Source of the DNA: Balanoglossus misakiensis
Lineage: Eukaryota > Animalia > Hemichordata
NCBI GenBank assembly: GCA_040954595.2
Contig: CM082587.2
Span: forward strand, 11,289,403-11,353,402
Direction: 5' to 3'
Length of the DNA stretch: 64,000 nt
Part shown: one piece after another, positions 1-12,126 of the stretch
Numbering within the stretch: position 1 is the first letter of the stretch
How the letters are laid out: the number at the start of each line of letters is the position of its first letter
The notes under the pieces: generated by a model
What the model was told of the DNA's origin: nothing
Database searches by the model: none
Seen by the model: only the letters and a program-made list of their open reading frames with translations
Position numbers and translations under genes: made by a program

Positions 1-3000
1 ACCGAATTAAAAAAATAAAGAATGTTTTGCCTAAAAATGACCTTTTTGGTGCAAAAACGAATAAAACGGAATCTTGTATTAAATCAGCTCATTCAGAGTG
101 CATTTTTTATAATAAGCACCATTTTTACATATAATGGAAATTTCATACATCATCAGATATCCAAATATGAAAAAATGATTTAGATTTTAGATGATTGTCC
201 AAAATTAGCTGATATCTAATAAATGTAGTATTGAACCGTTCTGTCCCCCCCCCTACATTATATGCCGTACGCCGATGTCAGCTTACCCGGCAGTACTGCA
301 GGCCGTGCCCCCAACTAACGTCGGTGTTTGAAGCGCCCTGGTTAAATTCGGGCTTTCTCTATAAATTGACAGGCAATAATGCAGTCCTACCCGAACAAAT
401 GTCGAGTGTTGACCCGCTGTGACTTTCCCTCTTCGGTTTGCCCGATAAACTAGGAAAACCGACGTAATCACCGTTGATAACTTTCGCCAGTCTGTGTCAT
501 ATAGAGCCGGTGCACCAGCCGAGTCACGCCGTAGGAAATCTGACTTGATCAACGTGGTCAATGTACGCCTGTTTCTGCTCTAGAGTGCCGGGGCTTCAGC
601 TGAGCCAGGCCGTATGAAAACCCGACGTGATTACCGTTGTTAACTTACGCCAGTCTGTGTCCTATATATAGTGCCGGGGCATCAGCCGTGCCAGGCCGAA
701 GGAAATGTGAGTAGATCAACGTGGTCTCTGTACGCGTGTTTCTGCTCTAGAGTGCCAGGGCTTTAGCCAAGCCATGCCGTGGGAAATCTGACTTGATCAA
801 CGTTGCTAACGAACGCTAGTGTCTGTCATAGTGTGCCGGGGTTTTAGTCGAGCCAAGCCGTAGGAGATCAGACTTGATCAACGTGGTCTCTGTACCCGTG
901 TTTCTGCTCTAGTGTGCCGGGGCTTTATCCAAGCCATGCCGTAGAAAATCTGACTTGATCACCGTTGCTAACGTACGCTAGTGTCTGTCATATTGTGACG
1001 GAGATTTAGTCGAGCCAGGCCGTAGGAGATCTGACTTGATCATCGTGGTCAATGTACGCGTGTTTCCGCTCTAAAGTGCCGGGGCTTCAGCTAAACCAGG
1101 CCGTAAGAAATCCGACTATATCACCGCTGATAACTTACGCCAGTCTGTGTCCTATATATAGTGCCGGGGCATCAGCCGTGCCAGGCCGAAGGAAATGTGA
1201 GTAGATCAACGTGGTCACTGTACGCGTGTTTCTGCTCTAGAGTGCCGGGGCTTTATCCAAGCCATGCTGTAGAAAATCTGACTTGATCACCGTTGCTAAC
1301 GTACGCTAGTGTCTGTCATATTGTGACGGAGATTTAGCCGAGCTAGGCCGTAGAAAAATCGACTTGTTCAACGTTACCAGTGTGCAACTCTTTCTGCTGT
1401 AGAGTGTCAGGGTTTTAGCCGACTTATGCTGTAGGAAATCTGAGTTGATGAACGGGAATTCAATGTTAGAAAACCCGTGTGGAAAGTATCTCTACCCGTT
1501 TGAAACTAAGAAAAGAATTTATTCTTATCTATTTTGTAAAAAAAGACAATTTTTTCGAAAAAAAGTCGAAAATGGTAATTTTGTCTTGGGCGATTCAAAT
1601 TATACCGCCTTTTCTGGAATTTGCAGCACTTTTTACAAGAGAACGACACTTCATGCTCCATAATATTTCCGAAAATGAAGAAAAGGGTTAATTTTTTATT
1701 ATTTTTTTTTAAAATTTACCATTTTTTGTCAAAATATGGCCAAAATGGCTATTTTTTCTTTAATTCCGTCAATATCTCTGCATTTTTGGAGTGGTCGAAA
1801 GTTTTAACATACAATCAACATGTCATATATGATCAGGGCACCAAATTCGAAGAACAAAGGTTTTTTTAGCCAACGTCTTTGTACTAGAGTGTCGGGTCTT
1901 TTGCAGAGCCAGGCCGAAGGAAATCCGACTTGATCACCGTTGCTAACGAACGCTAGTGTCTGTCATGGTGTGCCGGGGTTTTAGTCGAGCCAAGCCGTAG
2001 GAGATCTGACTTGATAATCGTGGTCAATGTACGCGTGTTTCCGCTCTAAAGTGCCGGGGCTTCAGCTAAACCAGGCCGTAGGAAATCCGACGTAATCACC
2101 GTTGATAATTTACGCCAGTCTGTGTCATATATATAGTGCCGGGGCATCAGCCGTGCCAGGCCGAAGGAAATGTGAGTAGATCAACGTGGTCTCTGTACGC
2201 GTGTTTCTGCTCTAGAGTGCCAGGGCTTTAGCCAAGCCATGCCGTAGGAAATCTGACTTGATCAACGTTGCTAACGAACGCTTGTGTCTGTCATGGTGTG
2301 CCGGGGTTTTAGTCGAGCCAGGCCGTAGGAGATCTGACTTGATCATCGTGGTCAATGTACGCGTGTTTCCGCTCTAAAGTGCCGGGGCTTCAGCTAAACC
2401 AGGCCGTAGGAAATCCGACGTAATCACCGTAGATAACTTAGGCCAGTCTGTGTCATATAGAGCCGGTGCACCAGCCGAGTCACGCCGTAGGAAATCTGAC
2501 TTGATCAACGTTGCTAACGAACGCTAGTGTCTGTCATAGTGTGCCGGGGTTTTAGTCGAGCCAAGCCGTAGGAGATCAGACTTGATCAACGTTGTCTCTG
2601 TACGCGTGTTTCTGCTCTAGAGTGGCGGGGCTTTATCCAAGCCATGCCATAGAAAATCTGACTTGATCACCGTTGCTAACGTACGCTAGTGTCTGTCATA
2701 TTGTGACGGAGATTTAGCCGAGCCAGGCCGTAGAAAAATCGACTTGTTCAACGTTACCAGTGTGCAACTGTTTCTGCTGTAGAGTGTCAGGGTTTTAGCC
2801 GACTTATGCTGTAGGAAATCTGAGTTGATGAACGGGAATACAATGTTAGAAAACCCGTTGGGAAAGTATCTCTACCCGTTTGAAACTAAGAAAAGAATTT
2901 ATTCTTATTTATTTTGTAAAAAAGACAATTTTTTCGAAAAAAGGTCGAAAATGGTAATTTTGTCTTGGGTGATTCAAATTATACCGCCTTTTCTGGAATT

Positions 3001-5547
3001 TGCAGCACTTTTTACAAGAGAACGACACTTCATGCTCCATAATATTTCCGAAAATGAAGAAAAGAGTTAATTTTTTATGATTTTTTTTTTAAATTGACCA
3101 TTTTTTGTCAAAATATGGCCAAAATGGCTATTTTTTCTTGAATTCCGTCAATATCTCTGTATTTTTGGAGTGGTCGAAAGTTTAAACATACAATCAACAT
3201 GTCATATATGATCAGGGCACCAAATTCGAAGAACAAAGGTTTTTTAGCCAACGTCTTTGTACTAGAGTGTCGGGTCTTTTGCAGAGCCAGGCCGAAGGAA
3301 ATCCGACTTGATCACCGTTGCTAACGAACGCTAGTGTCTGTCATGGTGTGCCGGGGTTTTAGTCGAGCCAAGCCGTAGGAGATCTGACTTGATAATCGTG
3401 GTCAATGTACGCGTGTTTCCGCTCTAAAGTGCCGGGGCTTCAGCTAAACCAGGCCGTAGGAAATCCGACGTAATCACCGTTGATAACTTACGCCAGTCTG
3501 TGTCCTATATATAGTGCCGGGGCATCAGCCGTGCCAGGCCGAAGGAAATGTGAGTAGATCAACGTGGTCTCTGTACGCGTGTTTCTGCTCTAGACTGCCA
3601 GGGCTTTAGCCAAGCCATGCCGTAGGAAATCTGACTTGATCAACGTTGCTAACGAACGCTTGTGTCTGTCATGGTGTGCCGGGGTTTTAGTCGAGCCAGG
3701 CCGTAGGAGATCTGACTTGATCATCGTGGTCAATGTACGCGTGTTTCCGCTCTAAAGTGCCGGGGCTTCAGCTAAACCAGGCCGTAGGAAATCCGACGTA
3801 ATCACCGTTCATAACTTAGGCCAGTCTGTGTCATATAGAGCCAGTGCACCAGCCGGGTCACGCCGTAGGAAATCTGACTTGATCAACGTTGCTAACGAAC
3901 GCTAGTGTCTGTCATAGTGTGCCGGGGTTTTAGTCGAGCCAAGCCGTAGGAGATCAGACTTGATCAACGTTGTCTCTGTACGCGTGTTTCTGCTCTAGAG
4001 TGGCGGGGCTTTATCCAAGCCATGCCATAGAAAATCTGACTTGATCACCGTTGCTAACGTACGCTAGTGTCTGTCATATTGTGACGGAGATTTAGCCGAG
4101 CCAGGCCGTAGAAAAATCGACTTGTTCAACGTTACCAGTGTGCAACTGTTTCTGCTGTAGAGTGTCAGGGTTTTAGCCGACTTATGCTGTAGGAAATCTG
4201 AGTTGATGAACGGGAATACAATGTTAGAAAACCCGTTGGGAAAGTATCTCTACCCGTTTGAAACTAAGAAAAGAATTTATTCTTATTTATTTTGTAAAAA
4301 AGACAATTTTTTCGAAAAAAGGTCGAAAATGGTAATTTTGTCTTGGGTGATTCAAATTATACCGCCTTTTCTGGAATTTGCAGCACTTTTTACAAGAGAA
4401 CGACACTTCATGCTCCATAATATTTCCGAAAATGAAGAAAAGAGTTAATTTTTTATGATTTTTTTTTTAAATTTACCATTTTTTGTCAAAATATGGCCAA
4501 AATGGCTATTTTTTCTTGAATTCCGTCAATATCTCTGCATTTTTGGAGTGGTCGAAAGTTTAAACATACAATCAACATGTCATATATGATCAGGGCACCA
4601 AATTCGAAGAACAAAGGTTTTTTAGCCAACGTCTTTGTACTAGAGTGTCGGGTCTTTTGCAGAGCCAGGCCGAAGGAAATCCGACTTGATCACCGTTGCT
4701 AACGAACGCTAGTGTCTGTCATGGTGTGCCGGGGTTTTAGTCGAGCCAAGCCGTAGGAGATCTGACTTGATAATCGTGGTCAATGTACGCGTGTTTCCGC
4801 TCTAAAGTGCCGGGGCTTCAGCTAAACCAGGCCGTAGGAAATCCGACGTAATCACCGTTGATAACTTACGCCAGTCTGTGTCCTATATATAGTGCCGGGG
4901 CATCAGCCGTGCCAGGCCGAAGGAAATGTGAGTAGATCAACGTGGTCTCTGTACGCGTGTTTCTGCTCTAGACTGCCAGGGCTTTAGCCAAGCCATGCCG
5001 TAGGAAATCTGACTTGATCAACGTTGCTAACGAACGCTTGTGTCTGTCATGGTGTGCCGGGGTTTTAGTCGAGCCAGGCCGTAGGAGATCTGACTTGATC
5101 ATCGTGGTCAATGTACGCGTGTTTCCGCTCTAAAGTGCCGGGGCTTCAGCTAAACCAGGCCGTAGGAAATCCGACGTAATCACCGTTCATAACTTAGGCC
5201 AGTCTGTGTCATATAGAGCCAGTGCACCAGCCGGGTCACGCCGTAGGAAATCTGACTTGATCAACGTCGCTAACGAACGCTAGTGTCTGTCATAGTGTGC
5301 CGGGGTTTTAGTCGAGCCAAGCCGTAGGAGATCAGACTTGATCAACGTGGTCACTGTACGCGTGTTTCTGCTCTAGAGTGGCGGGACTTTATCCAAACCA
5401 TGCCGTAGAAAATCTGACTTGATCACCGTTGCTAACGTACGCTAGTGTCTGTCATATTGTGACGGAGATTTAGCCGAGCCAGGCCGTAGAAAAATCGACT
5501 TGTTCAACGTTACCAGTGTGCAACTGTTTCTGCTGTAGAGTGTCAGG
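1..5547. repeat. Tandem satellite array (81-bp monomer block + AT-rich block); here mostly a ~1378-bp deletion variant of the 2.05-kb unit
   Basis: Same spurious ORF recurs at 1445, 2825, 4203 (period 1380/1378); GCCGTAGG-type monomers at 528, 609, 695, 776, 857, 938 (~81 bp); same sequence as 47109-64000. Confidence 0.97.
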
Positions 5548-5880
5548 AACACCATGAGAAATATTTTTGTAAAATGAGATATCCTGAATTTTTATGTTTT
5601 CCAATGAAAAACCAAAATAATATTTGCTATCAACATATTTTGAATATTTACCTCTCCTAATTTTTAAAAAATCTTCTTTGATACAAGAATGATCTAAAAT
5701 ATGTTTTTTCCTGCTATAAAAATTAGAGTTTGCAAATGATCATGGGTAACCAAATATTTTTTCAGACAATTCACCTAGGTTTATTTTTGTTTCTTCTGTT
5801 GGATTTTGATTTTTTTTTTTATAAAATGTGAGATGGCCAGTAGCACTGAGAATAAGAAACTATGGTGCTACGACTCTACC

Positions 5881-7928
5881 ACCTTGCTAGGGCAGAGAAT
5901 AAGTACCCCTGGACCTTGCTAGGCCAGTGAATAAGTGCCCCTGGACCTTGCTAGGGCAGAGAATTGGTACCCCTGGACCTTGCTAGGGCAGAGAATAAGT
6001 ACCCCTGGACCATGCTAGGGCAGAGAATTGGTACCCCTGGACCTTGCTAGGGCAGAGAATAAGTACCCCTGGACCTTGCTAGGGCAGAGAATAAGTACCC
6101 CTGGACCTTGCTAAGCCAGTGAATAAGTGCCCCTGGACCTTGCTAGGGCAGAGAATTGGTACCCCTGGACCTTGCTAGGCCAGTGAATAAGTACCCCTGG
6201 ACCTTGCTAGGGCAGAGAATAAGAACCCATGGACCATGCTAGGGCAGAGAATAAGTACCCCTGGACCTTGCTAGGCCAGTGAATAAGTGCCCCTGGACCT
6301 TGCTAGGGCAGAGAATTGGTACCCCTGGACCTTGCTAGGGCAGAGAATAAGTACCCCTGGACCTTGCTAGGCCAGTGAATAAGTGCCCCTGGACCTTGCT
6401 AGGGCAGAGAATTGGTACCCCTGGACCTTGCTAGGGCAGAGAATAAGTACCCCTGGACCTTGCTAGGGCAGAGAATAAGAACCCATGGACCATGCTAGGG
6501 CAGAGAATAAGTACCCCTGGACCTTGCTAGGCCAGTGAATAAGTGCCCCTGGACCTTGCTAGGGCAGAGAATTGGTACCCCTGGACCTTGCTAGGCCAGT
6601 GAATAAGTACCCCTGGACCTTGCTAGGGCAGAGAATAAGAACCCATGGACCATGCTAGGGCAGAGAATAAGTACCCCTGGACCTTGCTAGGCCAGTGAAT
6701 AAGTGCCCCTGGACCTTGCTAGGGCAGAGAATTGGTACCCCTGGACCTTGCTAGGGCAGAGAATAAGTACCCCTGGACCTTGCTAGGCCAGTGAATAAGT
6801 GCCCCTGGACCTTGCTAGGGCAGAGAATTGGTACCCCTGGACCTTGCTAGGGCAGAGAATTGGTACCCCTGGACCTTGCTAGGGCAGAAAATTGGTACCC
6901 CTGGACCTTGCTAGGGCAGAGAATAAGTACCCCTGGACCTTGCTAGGCCAGTGAATAAGTGCCCCTGGACCTTGCTAGGGCAGAGAATTGGTACCCCTGG
7001 ACCTTGCTAGGGCAGAGAATAAGTACCCCTGGACCATGCTAGGGCAGAGAATTGGTACCCCTGGACCTTGCTAGGCCAGTGAATAAGTACCCCTGGACCT
7101 TGCTAGGCCAGTGAATAAGTGCCCCTGGACCTTGCTAGGGCAGAGAATTGGTACCCCTGGACCTTGCTAGGGCAGAGAATAAGTACCCCTGGACCTTGCT
7201 AGGGCAGAGAATAAGAACCCATGGACCATGCTAGGGCAGAGAATAAGTACCCCTGGACCTTGCTAGGCCAGTGAATAAGTGCCCCTGGACCTTGCTAGGG
7301 CAGAGAATTGGTACCCCTGGACCTTGCTAGGCCAGTGAATAAGTACCCCTGGACCTTGCTAGGGCAGAGAATAAGAACCCATGGACCATGCTAGGGCAGA
7401 GAATAAGTACCCCTGGACCTTGCTAGGCCAGTGAATAAGTGCCCCTGGACCTTGCTAGGGCAGAGAATTGGTACCCCTGGACCTTGCTAGGGCAGAGAAT
7501 AAGTACCCCTGGACCTTGCTAGGCCAGTGAATAAGTGCCCCTGGACCTTGCTAGGGCAGAGAATTGGTACCCCTGGACCTTGCTAGGGCAGAGAATTGGT
7601 ACCCCTGGACCTTGCTAGGGCAGAAAATTGGTACCCCTGGACCTTGCTAGGGCAGAGAATAAGTACCCCTGGACCTTGCTAGGCCAGTGAATAAGTGCCC
7701 CTGGACCTTGCTAGGGCAGAGAATTGGTACCCCTGGACCTTGCTAGGGCAGAGAATAAGTACCCCTGGACCATGCTAGGGCAGAGAATTGGTACCCCTGG
7801 ACCTTGCTAGGGCAGAGAATAAGTACCCCTGGACCATGCTAGGGCAGAGAATTGGTACCCCTGGACCTTGCTAGGGCAGAGAATAAGTACCCCTGGACCT
7901 TGCTAGGGCAGAGAATAAGTACCCCTGG
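5881..7928. repeat. 32-bp minisatellite, ~64 copies (ACCTTGCTAGGGCAGAGAATAAGTACCCCTGG and variants)
   Basis: Directly visible; recurring variants GCCAGTGAATAAGTGCCC, GAATTGGTACCC, AAGAACCCATGGACCATG. Confidence 0.98.
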
Positions 7929-8497
7929 GGAAAAATAATAGACTCTCACAAGTAACAATTAGATTTCTCTTATTTATTTAGCATACATGACACACAGCAA
8001 ACTTAATGTGAACTCTTACGAATGACCTTGTAAAATCCCTTGGAGATTATTTCATGTATGATATAAATTGGGCAAATAAAATTCTTAAGCTGGAAAATAT
8101 TTCAAAGATTTCGTTAAAAAAAAAGATCAATCAAGCAGACAACAATTGAAAAAAATCTCTTCAAGGACACTGTGGTCCCATTGAGTTATTATACAAGAAA
8201 AAGTCTACACTGGAGTACATGGCCATATACCGACAGACAGACAGACACACACATAGCAAGGATCAATGGGCAAACACTGACTGACCCATAAGCTGCCAAT
8301 GGCATATGTACTGTACATACATTAAATAGAACAGCTGGCCTCTTTAAAACTTAGCCAGTTATGTAATCATTCAGGAATTTGTTGTGTTTATATGAAACAC
8401 AGGAGGGGAGTTCCTGCCTAATTAAAACAACTCAATAAAGTAAATACACACACCACTTTGCTAAGCAATCTGACCAGTAGTTCTTGAGTTACTGAGT

Positions 8498-8745
8498 TTG
8501 GCCAAATTCACATTTTTTCAGCTAATTTGCATATTTTTGGAAATGGCAACTTCATTTGAACAAACTCCCATCTACAGCCCAGCCTGCATCAGCACACCAG
8601 ATATCAAGGTGATACACGCAGCGGTTTTTACGTTTTTGATGTGGACGGACATACAGACATACATCCATCCATCCATACATACATACATACATACATACGC
8701 AACCGATCCCATAAGGTCCCATGGACAAAAAAGGTCACTCAGGGT
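8498..8745. repeat. Interspersed repeat fragment with (CATA/CATC)n microsatellite, resembling Helentron/DINE-type non-autonomous elements
   Basis: GGACGGACATACAGACATAC(ATCC)n(ATAC)n at ~8643-8698 after an AT-rich core; a similar (CAGA)n(CA)n tract at ~8232-8252. Family assignment is by resemblance only. Confidence 0.4.
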
Positions 8746-8779
8746 AAATGGAAGTGGCCTATTGCAAAACCCCTGTCAC

Positions 8780-11110
8780 CTAATTAAAATCTTCTTCGCT
8801 TAAATATCCAGCTCCATTCCAGTGGAGTTGTTGCGTTGCTTGCGAATAGACTGCCTCCAACTCACTGCTGTCCGTCTCAACACATATACTTGGTCTTCCA
8901 AGATTCACCGCCGTTGTGAATACAGAGCCTGGAAATAAAAACACACAAGTACTATTTATAGTAAAAATTAAAATACAAACTGGCATCCATTCCTATGTCA
9001 TTGTTTATATAATATACAGCTTGCTTTGATTGGTAATTTGAGAAACCCAGTATATTTGATAAAATTTATCCTGTTTATCCATTGATTGTTGTGGAACCCT
9101 TTAACTACTTGTGGTTTCAAACATATTCAGCAGTAACTATTTTTCCTGGCAGATAATACGACTCATCTTCAATACATCAAAATGAAGCCTGTTTTTTGAA
9201 TGTGCTTAAAAAATTACATATGAAATGAAACAACTTCTCAACTAACCATATTATGACATGAAAAAAATCTCCTAATCATGTTTACTATTAGATAACCTTG
9301 CCCATTCATCAATTAAATCAGTCACTGTAAGTATTGAACCAGAGAACATGATAATGCGAAAATCAAATGTTTGTTGACTCTCCCCATATAATGCATTTTG
9401 TGTAACTATGTGGAAGCATTTACACTGTCAAAAGGAATTTAATAATATTACTTTTGCTTTGACTTTACAATAATTGTCTGTGTCCTGATCACAACTTTTT
9501 TCCCCATTCATTCTACTAATATGACTAGGTATTGTCTTCCATTTTACTATAATACCACTGCTTTAATTTAAAGTGACAGAGGCCAACAACTGGCAAAATT
9601 TTCTTTGGTTTGAATTGGACTGATGGATGATAAAATGTACACGTGAGTGACAGACAATCACAAAAATATCTTTGCCTGAAATGTATTGCATTTTTTTATA
9701 AAAATGGTCAATGATGAAAAGTGTATTCGTTGTGAATCTTACCTATACTTCTTGTAATGTCCAATACCCATCGCTTTTGACTGGAAAACACATTTATGAT
9801 GTGTTTATACATCTGTGTTTTGTCTTTCTTGTCATCTATAATCCACATATTATGGTGTGCTTCCTCCCCAAAATTTACTTGGGTAGCATTCACCTGTCCG
9901 TCTTCAGCCCAGTATCCAACCACTATACCATACACAGATTTCCATAGGGTCTTCTTGGCTGCAGCAATAAAACATAGAAATATTAATATAGATCTCAAAC
10001 CTTTAATTAAATGATTTAATGTGTGAGATTCCCAGTTCAATGAGAAAAATCAGATAAAGAGAAGCCAAGCATAAATCTTAATGTGCGTACAACAGATACA
10101 TACTGAACCTTCCATGTTAAAATGATTAAAATACTCTCAGCAGAAAACAATATCAAGCTCATTTAAGTTATTGAAATAAAAAAATATTAACAATTTTCTA
10201 AGCCTTTTGATCTTCAATGTGTTACGTGTTGATCATTTTACTCTGGTATTCTCTGAATTTGACCCACTAAATGATGGTACGTCATGTCAAAAGATATAAA
10301 ACCCTTAAAATAAACAACAAAGGCTATTTGAGGAAGGTGAATTGACACCTCCAAAATGTGCCATAATTATCCTATCATGGGGCTTAATTTTACTGGTATT
10401 TGAAACTCAACAGCCAAAAACAGATGACATCTAGCTGAAATTATAATACTTACATGATTTGTTATTTTTCACAAAGTAGAATGCCTCCTCTGTTTGAAGA
10501 CAAGTTTGTTTCAGGATGCTCCTGACCCCACGGATTTCATCTGTCTCGCAGAATACCACAACATTGTAGTACGGGACACCACAATCCAGATTTACAGCTT
10601 TTACAGTTGCCATTACTTTTCAAATATTTTCATCACCAACAATCTGTTGAGATATAGAATTTCAATGCAATGTTAAACTTTAATCAGCACCACTGTCATG
10701 TCATGAAAGATAATATAACATTGATACCGTGAGGTATATTGCAGTCTGAACTTGACTTCAGTTCACAACAATAACAATGTCAACTGTACACATGTCATGC
10801 AGATAAACTATATAATGGGTATTTCATTATGCTTCAGGGATTTGACATGGAAACAAATATTACAACAAAAATGATTTAGAATTAAATATAACTTGAAGCA
10901 TGTGTACAAATATCCAAAATTACATAACAAGTGGAGCTCACATGCACTGGTGTACAGTTCAAGCCTTTACATTAAAAAATTCTGTGCATGTAATTTTATA
11001 AAATCAATCTCTCTCTTAATCTTACCTCATCCATATTAATGAGAGTGAGTTCAGCCCCTGTAAAGTCTGGACAACAGGCCTTGATTTCCTTTGCATTTAA
11101 GGAAGTAACA
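8780..11110 (-). CDS. Exons encoding beta-class amino-methyltransferase-like fold (probably catalytically degenerate)
   Basis: Spliced C-terminus MYKHIINVFSSQKRWVLDITRSIG|SVFTTAVNLGRPSICVETD follows the N6_N4_Mtase pattern (L..II..FS..GDxVLDPFxGSGST..AA..LGR..IGxE); upstream CVLNTDV...GAELTLINMDE sits where motif IV (DPPY) is expected but lacks it. Confidence 0.6.
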
Positions 11111-11699
11111 TCAGTGTTTAGTACACAACCTCGGGTACCATCTTGTCCAGTGAAAATGTTTGTGGCATCAGATTCTTGAACACTGTCTTGCGCATCAAGG
11201 ATCCCCCTGATCTTCTTACATTCAGTCACCATTTCTGCTGGTATTCCTCTGCTGAATGACAAGTCCTTGAACCGGCTAAGATACTCTCTGCCGGCATACT
11301 CAGGTAATTTTTCTGAAAATATCTGCCATGGCATCTGAAGTTCTTTCATCATATTCTGTTGTATAACCTTCATCTTTTTTACATCTTTTGCTTCTCTATT
11401 CATCTCCTGCAGGCTCATCTCCCCCTCTCTGACATTTTGGAGAAAATCACTGACTGTATCTTCATTTAGGAGAACAAGGTTGCTAAATAGATATACAGGT
11501 ATATCAGGTTTAGCCATCAAAGTTTTCTTGGTGAATTTTTGTCCTTTTAGAGTCCCCGTCTCATATGCATCAAAGATATCATCAAGCGTGCTGGCAATAT
11601 CCGGACCCAGTCTTGCAAGATTTAGGATTGTTTCAATATCTTTGTCATTCTGTGAAGGAAACAAAAAATTTTCTATTTTCGTTTCTGTTAGTAAATACT

Positions 11700-11843
11700 T
11701 ACCTTTGATCCAACCTATAGCCTAATATATCTCGCCCTCTAACGACCGCTGAGATAAAAAAACTTTCCCCTGATTACGTCATACTCACCGAGTACATATA
11801 CCACCTGTCCAGCCGTGAATATTCAGTATTGCTCAGCACGAGA
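11700..11843. repeat. DIRS 3' inverted terminal repeat
   Basis: Reverse complement of 17149-17296 with few mismatches. Confidence 0.95.
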
Positions 11844-11954
11844 AATAACTGCTCAGGCCGAAACTATGCTGCCCACGCACTGAGGACCCATCCAAAATTT
11901 ATGAATAATGGAAAAACAGTCACAGGTCAAGTGTGGGGAGGCGGGTGGGTACCT

Positions 11955-12053
11955 GGTTGGATCAAAGGTAAGTATTTACTAACAGAAACGAAAATAGAAA
12001 ATTTTTTGTTTCTATGGCATAAATACCATACCTTTGATCCAACCTATAGCCTA
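11955..12053. repeat. DIRS internal complementary region (ICR)
   Basis: First half is the reverse complement of the element end from 11659, second half the reverse complement of the end at 17316, joined through TTT. Confidence 0.95.
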
Positions 12054-12126
12054 CAGAGTCCCAAGGAACAACTGGCGGTGGGACTTGAACCGAAAAAACA
12101 AAATTCCAACAGAAAGAACCAGGCTA

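Noticed and set aside
500-1440. 5S rRNA-like words (CCTACGGCC, GTCTGATCTC) on the minus strand of the 81-bp monomer
   Set aside because: Matches are short, wrongly spaced, and no box A/C or 120-nt 5S structure is present.
5881-7928. CRISPR-like array (32-bp periodicity)
   Set aside because: No unique spacers, no cas genes, eukaryotic context; it is a pure minisatellite.
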